A stretch of DNA of 43,374 bases, filler included, from Jimgerdemannia flammicorona (GCA_003990765.1; 2 parts of 2 records of this genome joined end to end with filler, not necessarily neighbours in it); one strand, 5' to 3'. Shown: positions 1 through 10,700, counted from the first letter of the whole stretch. The notes: generated by a model from the letters alone, not told the origin. Numbers and translations: made by a program.

Positions 1-3000
1 AGAGATTCAGCTCGGTCAAGTTCGTGTTCTGCTTCAGAGCCTCGGCTAGAGCGCATGCCCCCTCGTTGCCAATTCTATTATCTTTAAAATGAACAGGGAA
101 TGAGCGAACAAGCACAGACCGTGAGTTTCATTCCATCACGCAGCTGCACAATGCTTCACACAGTTCTGACATACAGAAGAGATTCAGCTCGGTCAAGTTC
201 GTGTTCTGCTTCAGAGCCTCGGCTAGAGCGCATGCCCCCTCGTTGCCAATTCTATTATCTTTAAAATGAACAGGGAATGAGCGAACAAGCACAGACCGTG
301 AGCTTCATTCCATCACGCAGCTGCACACAATGCTTCACATAGTTCTGACATACAGGAGAGATTCAGCACGGCCAAGCTCGTGTTCTGCTTCAGAGGCTCG
401 GCTAGTGCACGTGCCCCCTCGTCGCCAATGCTACTATCTTTAAAATGAATAGGGGATGAGCGAACACGCACAGACCGTGAGCTTCATTCCATCACGCAGC
501 TGCACACAATGCTTCACACAGTTCTGACATACAGGAGAGATTCAGTTCGGTCAAGGTCGTGTTCTGCTTCAGAGACCCGGCTAGGATGCGTGCCCCATTG
601 TGGTCAATGATATTATCTTTAAATGAACAGGAGATGAGCGAAGACGCACAGATCATGAAACCCATTCCATCATGCAGCTGAACACCATGCTTCACACAGT
701 TCTGACATACTGGAGAGATTCAGCCCGGTCGAGGTCATGCTCTGCTTCAGAAACTCGGCTAGGGCGCGTACCGGTGAGCGAACATGCACAGATTGTGAGC
801 TTCATTTCGTCATGCGGCTGAACACAATGCTTCATACAGTTCTGACATACAGGAGAGATTCAGTTCGGTCAAGGTTACGTTCCGCACAAACTCGAATAGG
901 GCGTGTGCCACCTTGTCACCAATTTTATTTCCTTTGAAATGAATAGGGAGTGAGCGAACACGCATAGATCATGAACTTCATTCCATCACACAGCTGTACA
1001 CAATGCTTCACACAGTTTTGATATACCTTCGATATTCAGCACGGTTGAGGCCGTGTTCCGCTTCAGAGACTCGGCTAGGGCGCATGCCCCCTCGTAGACA
1101 ATTATATTATCTTTAAAATGAATAGGGGATGAGCGAACACGCACAGATCGCGAGCTTCATTCCATCATGCAGCTGCACACAATGCTTCACACAGTCCTGG
1201 TATACCGGAGAGATTCAGCTCGGTCAAGGTCATGTTCCTCACCAACTTGAATAGGGCGCGTGTCACCTTGTCACCAATTTTATTCCCTTTAAAATGAATA
1301 GGGGATGAGCGAGCACGCATAGGTCGTGAACTTCATTCCATCGCGCAGCTATACACAATACTTCACACAGTTCTGATATACCTTCGAGATTCAGCACGGT
1401 CAAGGCCGTGTTTTGCGTCAGAGACTCGGCTAGAGCGCATGCCCCCTCATAGCCAATTCTATTATCTTTAAAATGAATAGGGGATGAACGAACATGCACA
1501 GATTGTGAGCTTCATTCCATCATGCAGTTGCACACAATGCTTCACACAGTTCTGACATACTGGAGAGATTCAGCTCGGTCAAGGTCGTGTTCTGCTTCAG
1601 AGACTCGGCTATGGCGCGTGACCCCTCGTCGCCAATGTCATTCCCTTTAAAATGAATAAGTGATGAGTGAACACGCACAGATTGTGAGCTTCATTCCATC
1701 ATGCAGCTGCACACAATACTTTCATACTGTTCTGACATACCGGAGAGATTCAGCTCGGTCAAGGTCATGTTCTGCATCAATTTGAATAGGGCACGTGTCA
1801 CCTTGTCACCAATTTTATTCCCTTTAAAATAAATAGGGGATGAGCGAGCACGCATAGATCGTGAACTTCATTCCATCGCGCAGCTATACACAATACTTCA
1901 CACAGTTCTGATATACCTTCGAGATTCAGCACGGTCAAGGCCGTGTTTTGCGTCAGAGACTCGGCTAGGCCGCATGCCCCCTCGTAGCCAATTCTATTAT
2001 CTTTAAAATGAATAAGGGATGAACGAACATGCACAGATTGTGAGCTTCATTCCACCATGCAGTTGCACACAATGCTTCACACAGTTCTGACATACTGGAG
2101 AGATTCAGCTCGGTCAAGGTCGTGTTCTGCTTCAGAGACTCGGCTATGGCGCGTGCCCCCTCGTCGCCAATGGCATTCCCTTTAAAATGAACATGGGATG
2201 AGCAAACATACACAGACCGTGAGCTTCATTCCATCTTACAGCAGCACACAATGCTTTACACAGTTCTGACATGCTGCACACCTCCTTGCAGTCCTGACAT
2301 GCCGAAGAGATTCAGATTGGTGAAGCTTGTATTCTTCTTCAAAAACTTAGCTAGGGCACGTGCCCCATCGTCGCCAATGTAAATCACTTAAAAACGAAAA
2401 GGGTATAAGCAAATACACACTGATTATGTCAGGTAGTTGTATGCAATGCTTCACAAAGTTACGATGTATAGAGGATGAAGAAATAAGCAGAGATTATGAA
2501 CATGATTACATCACATGGCTGCAAATAACTGTTCATACAGTTCTGACATACTTTGGAGATTCAGCTCGGTCAAGACCGTGTTCCGCTTCAGAGACTCGGC
2601 GAGGGCGCGTGTCCCCTCGGCGCCAATTACATTCCCTTTAAAATTAATAGGGGATAGGCGAACACGCGCAGATTGTGAGCTTCATTCCATCACACACAAT
2701 GCTTCACACAATTCTGACATACTGAAGTGATACAGCTCGGTCAAGTTGGCTATGGCGCGTGCCACCTTATCACCAATTTTATTCCCTTTAAAATTAACAG
2801 GAATGAACGAACATCAACAGATTGTGAGCTTCATTCAAGCATGCAGTTGCACACAATGTTCACACAGCTCTGACGTACCGAAGAGCCTCAGCTCGGTCAA
2901 GGTCGTGTTCTGCATCAGAGAATCTTCTAGGGAACATGCCCCCTCATCGCCAATGCTATTGACTTTAAAATGAACAAGAGATAAGCGAACAAGTACTAAT

Positions 3001-4150
3001 ATAGCTGCACACAATACTTCATAGTTCTGACATACTGGAGAGATTCAGCTCGGTTAAGGTCGTGTTCTGCTTCAAAGACTCGGCCAGGGCACGTACCCCG
3101 TCGTCGCTAATGCTATTTCCTTTAAAATGAACAGGGGATGAGCGAACACGCACAGATCGTGAGCTTCATTTCACCACACAGCTGCACACTATGCTTCACA
3201 CAGTTTTGACATACCTTCGAGATTCAGCTCGGTCAAGATCGTGTTCTGCTTCAGAGACTCGGCTAGGGCGCGTGCCCCTTCGACGCCAATGCCATTCCCT
3301 TTGAAATGAATAGGATATGAGCGACACGCTCAGATCGTGAGCTTCATTCCATCATACTGCTGCACAAAATGCTTCACACATTTCCAACATACCTCCGAGA
3401 TCCAGCTCGGTCAAGGCCGTGTTCGGCTTTAGAGACATGGCTAGGGCGCGTGCCCCCTCGTCACCAATACTATTCCCTTTAAAATGAGTGAGCACGCACA
3501 TATTATGAGCTTCATTCCAACACACAGCTGCACACAATGCTTCACACAATTTGACATACTGAAGAGATTCAGCTCGGTCAAGGAAATATTCGTTGTCAGA
3601 GAATCAGCAAAAGCTTTGGCCCCCTCGACGCCAATGCTGTTTTCTGGAGTGAGGAAACACATGCAGATCATGAGTTTCGTTCTATATTACATCTCAGAAC
3701 AATGGTTCACGTTCTCATATACCTTGAAATTTAAGAGTGATCAAAGTTGTGTTCTGCTTCAGAAACTCCGCCAAGGCGCGGGTCAACAGAATGCCAATTC
3801 CGTTTTCTGAATATGATGAGAGGATGTGAGTACACCTGGATCACAACTTGCTTATATCCTACAACTATAAAACAATGATTCAGATAGTTCTGACTCACGG
3901 CTGAGATCAAGCTTGGTCACGTTTGTGTTCTGCTTCAGAAATTCGATTAGTGTGCGCGCTTCTCTATCACTTCTGTACTTTCCTGAAGATGGACAGAGAT
4001 GAGCAGATGTGCATATATGTGAACTTGATTTCTGTAAACAATAGTCTGCATTGTTTCGACATACCGGAGAGATTTAACTCATGTGAAATTTTTTCCTGCT
4101 TTAGAATCTCTGCTAGGATGCCTGCCTCCTCATCGCCTGTCCTGTTTTCT
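1..4150. repeat. Tandem array of about 179-bp exon+intron units (at least 24 copies)
   Basis: Recurring plus-strand words GAGATTCAGCTCGGTCAAGG, CTTTAAAATGAA, GAGCTTCATTCCATCA and CACAATGCTTCACACAGTTCTGACATAC at roughly 177-179 nt spacing. Units at 1-177 and 178-356 are nearly identical. Confidence 0.97.
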
Positions 4151-4265
4151 ATAAATAAACAGATATTTAGCATATACAAAAAGACTATAAGCTTAATTAT
4201 ATAACACAGTAGCAAATAATGATTCAACATACTGGCTGTATTCAGTTCTGTCCTGATGCTCTTCT
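1..4265 (-). CDS. Leucine-rich-repeat region (RI/NLRC3-like 28-aa LRR), one LRR per exon; runs off the window edge
   Basis: Exons read manually, all phase 1 at both ends: 4265-4233 (33 nt cap), 4148-4065, 3982-3899, 3806-3723, 3643-3560, 3476-3393, 3298-3215, 3119-3036, 2962-2879, 2785-2723 (63), 2635-2552, 2386-2303 (GC donor), 2179-2096, 2000-1917, 1821-1741 (81), 1644-1561, 1465-1382, 1286-1206 (81), 1110-1027, 931-851 (81), broken unit ending at 711, 616-533, 437-354, 258-175, 81-edge. Unless noted they are 84 nt. Consensus xNxIGDEGARALAESLKQNTTLTELNLS. Donors are mostly GTATGT/GTATAT and acceptors mostly TTTAAAG. No in-frame stops seen. Confidence 0.9.
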
Positions 4266-4556
4266 CTAAACACAGATTCAGGATTAATATGTATTAACCA
4301 ATATTATTTATAAGCAAAATACAGTATGTTACAAATGTGATGACTTCTGATTTCCACTCGCCAACGTTATCTTCGATGCTACCATAGCCTGATAAATGCG
4401 ACAAAAAGCAAGAACACAAACGCCTGCTTCATACACAATAATAATTATGTGTCCTGTGAAGCTATCTTACCTTGATTTGGTTGTCGCACGAGAGTGGCAA
4501 GCGTCAATCGCGAATGTTCTTTGGTAATTTGCTTGAGTTGTAAATGTGTGTAAAAT

Positions 4557-5814
4557 TTACTGCCGGTGTGGTATATACGCATCCACGAATCCGAAGACGT
4601 TGTCACTGTTTATAGATTCCAGCTCTTGCTGATGAGTGACCCGTCTTGCCTTGATGAATGACTGCATCTCGAGTGGAAACGGCATAGGTTTAATTGCAAG
4701 TCCCCCTAAGACTTGATATTCTATTTTTGATTGCAAGATGAAAGGAATGCCAACTAAACCAGCTGCACATTCTAACAATTGATGGTAGACTTTAAGAGCA
4801 CTAGGTCGCTGGTTGGGGTCGATGTGCCAACAGCTCCGGATGATATCATTGAACGTTTGTGGTGCGCCATGGATCAACTCCTCTCGAAGGCCATCGGGAT
4901 TACTGGAGACGGCCGCCGATGCATCGGCTTGTGGTGGAACGCCAACGATCAGCTGCCACAACAGAGTTCCCAAGCAGTAGACATCTGACTTCTGTGTATA
5001 TTGTTCGCCCTCGAAAATCTCTGGAGGGAAGTATGCTATCCGACCATAGACACCTCTCTCGGAATTTGCATCTTCTACAGCTTGACTAAGTCCGACGTCG
5101 ATCAGGAGTGCGATACGAGACTTGTGGAATACTATGTTGCCGGCATGGAGATCCTTATGGCTGAAGCCCATATCGTGGAGACTGGCCAAGCGGCTGGCAA
5201 GTTTTATGGCATATGTAAAAGTTGTATACCAATCACCATCTTGTTCACATGGCTGCTCTTCAAGAGTGCCGATATCAGCAAATTGCATGATCATCAGATA
5301 CTCTTCGGTTTCAGGGTGTTGTGACACAGCAACAATATCCATTGTAGGAGTATTAGTGGTATTATTTCCACAGTGATTCAAATAAACATTCAGAACCAAC
5401 TGTATTTGTGGGATAAAACCATAGCAAGGTTACTGATAATTGATGTAATGTGGAAAATATTGCATATATCACACCAACCGAACTTACCTCTTCGATCATT
5501 GACAATTTCAATTCTTTGGCAGCCACCTGGTAAAATTCTGACTTCAAAATAACATATGCCTGGTAAACTTTGGCAAACCCGCCTTTGGCAAGTACATTAA
5601 AAGAAAAGAGGCTACTGGGCGGAATCCAGACAAGGTATGGCTCCAGCAGCGGCACGGCCAATTTGTCGAGGCAAGCACGGAGTTTGTGGTCGTATCTGGA
5701 AAATTGGTTCTTCCAGGTCAAGATTTCAGTTTGGTGGGCACTGTCCAGGTATTCGAAGGGCTTGAGTCGGGCTAGTAGTCCCTGTATGCGCTGTTGGCGG
5801 ATTTGGGCGGACAT
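4557..5814 (-). CDS. Tyrosine-kinase-like (TKL) protein kinase domain, N-terminal part of a kinase-LRR gene. Exon 1 is 5814-5488, the intron is 5487-5400, and exon 2 starts at 5399.
   Basis: Kinase motifs in order: LAKGGFAKVY (Gly loop), VAAK, HKDLHAGN (catalytic loop), IDVGLS (DFG position), YFPPE, KSDVYCLGTLLWQL, CWHIDPNQRPSA. A GTAAGT...TACAG phase-0 intron joins ORF 5362-5814 to ORF 4557-5399 in frame. The frame stops at TAA 4559-4557. Confidence 0.93.
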
Positions 5815-5881
5815 GGTTTTGTAATGGTTCGTTGGGTCGTCGGGTCGTCGGGATAGGGGCGTTGGGGCTGTGTCATATTAC

Positions 5882-6181
5882 ATATAGTTATGAATGCAAT
5901 TCAAACTTCAGCAAAGTGGCTGAGAGCCGCTTAACATTATGCGGAACAATCATGCAATTTCCCCTTGGTGGACTTAGTTTAGCTCATTTCATGCAGTTTC
6001 TTGTCCCTTTCTATGCCAAAGATAACTTAGCTAGTGGTGTTTTAAAAATATGCCAACCATTAATGCAAGTTAGTAACAATGTAATCAGTCCAGCAACTGA
6101 GTATTTGTCACATCTCAGCTAGTCAGGCGTATACTATGCCAAGTTGCAATTAGTCGCTAGTATTTACAATCAGTTCGCATA
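5882..6181 (+). repeat. Ngaro repeat A1 (copy of A2)
   Basis: ATATAGTTATGAATGCAATTCAAACTTCAGC...TTTACAATCAGTT recurs at offset +4477. Confidence 0.95.
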
Positions 6182-6192
6182 CCACATTCACA

Positions 6193-7390
6193 ATGCCCCC
6201 AATTCGCACTTGGTCTCATGGTCCTTTGGAACCAGCTATAGCCCCAAGACCGGTTGCCCCCCTAGCCCCCTTACATGAACCTCACCCCTCCCCCATTCCC
6301 AATCTATCTGGCCTACATGCTTGTCACAAAGAACAGCTAGTCGCACTGTGTTGTGAACATCATCTGCCAGTCAAAGGTCAAAAAGCCACACTAGTTATGC
6401 ATCTCAACTCACACCATCCAAGTCCTGACTCTCCACCTTAGCTGATTATTGGAGAGCAAGCTGAAGATGCCCTTATTGAATGCTTAATCCCTACTTTAGT
6501 TGAGCACCTTGCAACACATCCATCCATCATACTGATGGGCCCCAACTTAATTACTCTGCCAGTATCAGGGCTACCAGTGGGCTTGTCACAGGCAATTCCT
6601 CTACTGGCCACTACTCCTCCCTCAGCCATGGCCCCCTTTATGCCGCCACCTCCTATGACAAGGTTGATATCACAATTGCTGCCAAATCTGCAAAGTGGTG
6701 AGTCTTCCTCGTCTCTCATTTCGGATGCCATGCTTCGACAGAATTGGGTACTGCCCAACTTGCTGGCATCACTAGATGTGGGCGACTATCAGATTCTATC
6801 CGAATGGACTGGCAGCGCTCTTATTTCATGATCAAGCAGCCACAAAAAAGCAGATATACACATACCCAACCATGAGCTAGATCTACCACTGTGGCTCGAA
6901 GCCATCTTTAACATCTGAGGTGCTCTACTGGCTCTGGGTACCATCTGATCGACCTCGCATGCATCCCATGCTCCTCAACTTCTTGCCCATGCAATCTTTA
7001 TCATTAAAGCAATAAATGATCATTATGACTGGGTGGCACTTCAATGCTTCGACCATCAAGTTCATACACTCAAGGCCTCCTTCCCTGACTTGGACATTGG
7101 CAATCCAGACATAGTTTACTGTACATTCGAGACAATCATTGGCCAACCTTCCTCAGCACCCTTAGCATATCAACATTGCTCTACGTTCTCCTATGCTGGA
7201 TCTCATGTGGTGGGAAGTTCATCAACTGCCCACCTGGCTGGTGGCCCAAAACCAGTCTTGTCCACCAATCTCTTGTGCTTTTGATGTGGGGTGCGGAGAC
7301 ATGCTGTCAGCTCCTATATCCAAACCCCACTCCAGCATCCTACTTTCCCATCTAAGCCAGACAATCCTATTTACCCAGATGGTGCAGTAA
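6193..7390 (+). pseudogene. Ngaro gag-like ORF1 with N-terminal SAP-like motif, interrupted by stops and frameshifts
   Basis: ATG just after A1. LHACHKEQLVALCCEHHLPVKGQKATLVMHL fits the SAP consensus. Pro-rich linker. Occupies the ORF1 position; the 3' boundary is approximate. Confidence 0.65.
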
Positions 7391-7411
7391 GCTTGATCTG
7401 TCATAACTTTA

Positions 7412-9100
7412 ATGGCTCTGGTTGCTCCTATTGAAACTGTGGTCAAGCACATGTATGCCTCTTCTGCTATGGATCTCACACAACCCTGGCTTGCTCTGCT
7501 CACTGCGGCTAATCTCTCAATTCCCCTCACTTCTAGTCATCCAACCACTCTGTACCATATTAAGAAGTGGAAAAGGGTACTGCATTCATATCCAAACCAA
7601 TCACTCATTCAGTACCACCTAACAGGTCTCTACCATGGTTATCAGTATGGAAATCACTCTCACCCTGAGCTTCACATCGACCTCATATCTGACAACCTTA
7701 CCTCTACTTACCAGTACCAAGAAGTTCTCTCCACCAACATTCTCACTGAGCTAGCTGCGGGTCGCTATCTTGGCCCATTTTCGTCTCTCTCCTCCATACT
7801 ATCAGAATTCTGCCCCTTTCACAATGCACTCTTTGGTGCCATTCCTAAGAAGCACTCGTCCAAATTTCATACTATACAACATCTATTCTTTCTCTACAGG
7901 AGTTCAGTCAATGATGGAATCAATCCTGAGGAGTTCTCAATCCAGTACCAGTCCATTCAAGCCATCATTCTCCTTCTCCTCTCAGTCAGCTCTACTGTGC
8001 TCTTCTGGAAGACCAATGTAGCTGACGCCTTCTGCACCATCTCAGTATACTGCTCCGATTGGGCTATGCAGGGTATCTACTGGCTTGGTCTTTTCTTCCT
8101 TGACATATTCCTCCCCTTTAGTCTTCGCTCTGCTCCCTTTATCTTCACATCTCTCATGGACCTCTTTACCTGGATCTGTATTCAACTGTACGATCTTCCT
8201 AACTTGGGCCATTTCATTGATGACTTTATCTACATCACACCTCTGTCCAGTACATTCTCCTCCTATAATCAATTTCATGCTACCACATCTCGATTCGGCC
8301 TCCCACTCAAACCCTCCAAAGATATTCCTCCTACTCCAACTATAGAGTATGTTGGCTTCATTCTCGACGCTCCAACAATGATGATTAGTCTCCCAATGGA
8401 GAAACACATACACATTCTCACCTTACTAGTATCATGGCTTATATCAACTCAGTAGACTCGATTATACTGTCTATGTCTGCATTCACACCATGAAGCTCAA
8501 TCACTCTTGGGCCATCTTATGCACATTGTTCAAATACTTCTAGATAGGAAGGTGTTTTGTGACAGCATCATTCACTTCGCTTCCTCTTGGAAACTGCCCT
8601 ATGTGGGGCAGTGTTTTCCACCTCCTTGACTAGCCACCGACTTATAGTAGTGGTATGATATTTTACACTCATGGCTAGATCATCGCCTGCTCTGCCATTC
8701 TGAGTGGCTCAATTGTGGTCTGTTTACAGATGCATCTGGGACACTTGGTACTGGTGACCTGCTGGGCCAATGCTAGTGGAGTACTCGTTGGGCTCCCTCC
8801 TTCTTAGATCTGAATAGCTATGACATATTCTGGAAAGAAATGTTTGCCATTTGGGTCTCGTTGGTGCTCTGGGGCCCCTTGTTTCATTCTCAATGTATTA
8901 TTCTCTGGTGTGATAGCCAGCCCTATGTCAAATCATTGACCAGTGGTCAGGCATGCCATCATCCTCTTGTCAATGACTTACTTCATCGTATCATTCTCTT
9001 ACATCTCAAAATCAGATTCGAAATTCAAGCTTATTACATCCCTTCAGCATCTAACTCTACAGACCCCTTATCTCACCATATACTTCCTCCACATCTCCAG
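7412..9100 (+). pseudogene. Ngaro reverse transcriptase + RNase H (degenerate)
   Basis: RT motifs GRYLGPF, GAIPKK, SVNDGI, WKTNVADAF (catalytic D>N), LPFSLRSAPFIF, HFIDDF. RNase H motifs LFTDASG (~8720), WKEMFAI, CDSQ, YIPSASN. Premature stops after 8455. Confidence 0.92.
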
Positions 9101-10041
9101 GACCCATTGCCTATATTAATCACATCTCTCTTTGGCTTCGCCATCAATTCGACACCTGCCTCTACCAATGCACCCATACTCGAATGGGTAACTTCTAGTC
9201 AGGCACCAATTCTCTACACCGATTTCTCAACTCCTGCAATATCGTAGAGGCTGCTGCTTTCCCTCTTCAAGATGAATTACTCAGTTATTGGACTCTTTGG
9301 CTTGTCCAAGATGGCAAGCCCTACTCTACCATCAAGAACTACTTCTATGATCTCGCAGCCTATCAGGTCACTCACTGGCATGGTCCTCCACTCCAGCGCC
9401 TTTCTCTACCCCTCTTCAACACCATTATGAAGTCTATTCAGACTCACCCACCACCTTCCAGTTCACTTGACCAGCTTCCTATTACATACCAATACCTCTG
9501 GTCTATCCGTCTCTCTCTCCATATAGACACTCCTTTTGGTGCTACTATTTGGGCAGTGGTGTGCTCTGCTTTTTATGGCTTAATGCATGTTGGTGAATTT
9601 ACTACTCGAGATGGCTCCATATTTAATCTGAATTGGCAAATTTGTCATCGCCATCTTCATCGCCGACAGGATGACACCCTTTCTCGACCATTCTGGGCTC
9701 TATATCTTCCCCGAACAAAAACAGGCAGAGCAGGCGACATCTTTCTTGGCTTCTCTGGCACCTTTGATTGCCCATGCACTGCAATTGACAACATGGTCCA
9801 TATTCTCCCAGTGCAACCTCATGACCCTGCCTTCTGCCTTGGCCTGAGTCAACCACTTTCTCGATCTACATTCATTGAAGTGATTCGATCTCTGCTCACA
9901 GACACCTCTCTAGCTGTCAGTATTTATGGTCACTCCTTTCGAATTGGTGGTGCCATGCTTCTGGCAGCTGGGGGCTATCCTGATCATGTCATTCAACTCG
10001 CTGGTCGATGGAAATCCACTGTATTTCTCCACTACATTTGA
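9100..10041 (+). pseudogene. Ngaro tyrosine recombinase (degenerate)
   Basis: AFYGLMHVGEF (catalytic R>H), LPRTKT, GHSFRIGGA (HxxR), LAGRWKS...Y. The 5' boundary is approximate. Confidence 0.92.
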
Positions 10042-10203
10042 CACCTCGACCACATTCTCCCCAAAACCATGGCAACACTAGCAGGACTCCCTCTTCCTGA
10101 TCTTCAGTGGGCCATAGGTTTGGCTAGTAATAGCCAAATTTCACCCATAAGTAGTTTATGGCACCATTAAGAGCCTAAAACCACTTCCCAGACCCACAGT
10201 TTT

Positions 10204-10359
10204 GGCCCCCTTTGCTAATGCGAATGGCGGGCCTTGGAGGCATATGCTTCTATATAGCCAAACCTACCCTGCTTCATCCTCTATACATATTCTACATTTT
10301 ACGCTTCATAATCCCCCCTTTTCTACTTTGTTGAATTGGTCACTCGATAGACACTTTGA
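10204..10359 (+). repeat. Ngaro repeat B1
   Basis: GGCCCCCTTTGCTAATGCGAATGG...CTCGATAGACACTTTGA recurs at offset +497. Confidence 0.95.
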
Positions 10360-10658
10360 TATAGTTATGAATGCAATTCAAACTTCAGCAAAGTGGCTGA
10401 GAGCTGCTTAACATTATGTGGAACAATCATGCAATTTCCCCTTGGCAGACTTAGTTTAGCTCATTTCATGTAGTTTCTTGTCCCTTTCTACACCAAAGAT
10501 AACTTAGCTAGTGGTGTTTTAAAAATACGCCAACCATTAATACGAGTTAGTAACAATGTAATCGGTCCAGCGACTGAGTATTCGTCACATCTCAGCTAGT
10601 CAGGCATATACTACACCAAGTTGCAATTAGTTGCTAGTATTTACAATCAGTTTGCGTA
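10359..10658 (+). repeat. Ngaro repeat A2
   Basis: Direct copy of 5882-6181, abutting B1. Confidence 0.95.
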
Positions 10659-10700
10659 ACCCTCCCACCCATACCCTTTTAGTAGTATATAATAAAAGAA

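Noticed and set aside
1..4150. CRISPR-like array or VLR-type silent cassette library
   Set aside because: Whole units are homologous (no unique spacers), nearly all have splice sites and encode in-frame LRRs within one gene, and the context is eukaryotic.
492..4230. Short six-frame ORFs across the array as separate genes
   Set aside because: They are read-throughs of single LRR exons into introns, or antisense shadows.
7412..8455. Diversity-generating retroelement or retron RT
   Set aside because: Motifs and flanking split repeats are DIRS/Ngaro type, and there is no template/variable repeat pair with adenine-specific differences.
9427..10041. Tyrosine recombinase as a dedicated shuffling enzyme for the LRR array
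   Set aside because: It belongs to a standard Ngaro retrotransposon, its catalytic Arg is mutated, and no recombination sites shared with the array were seen.
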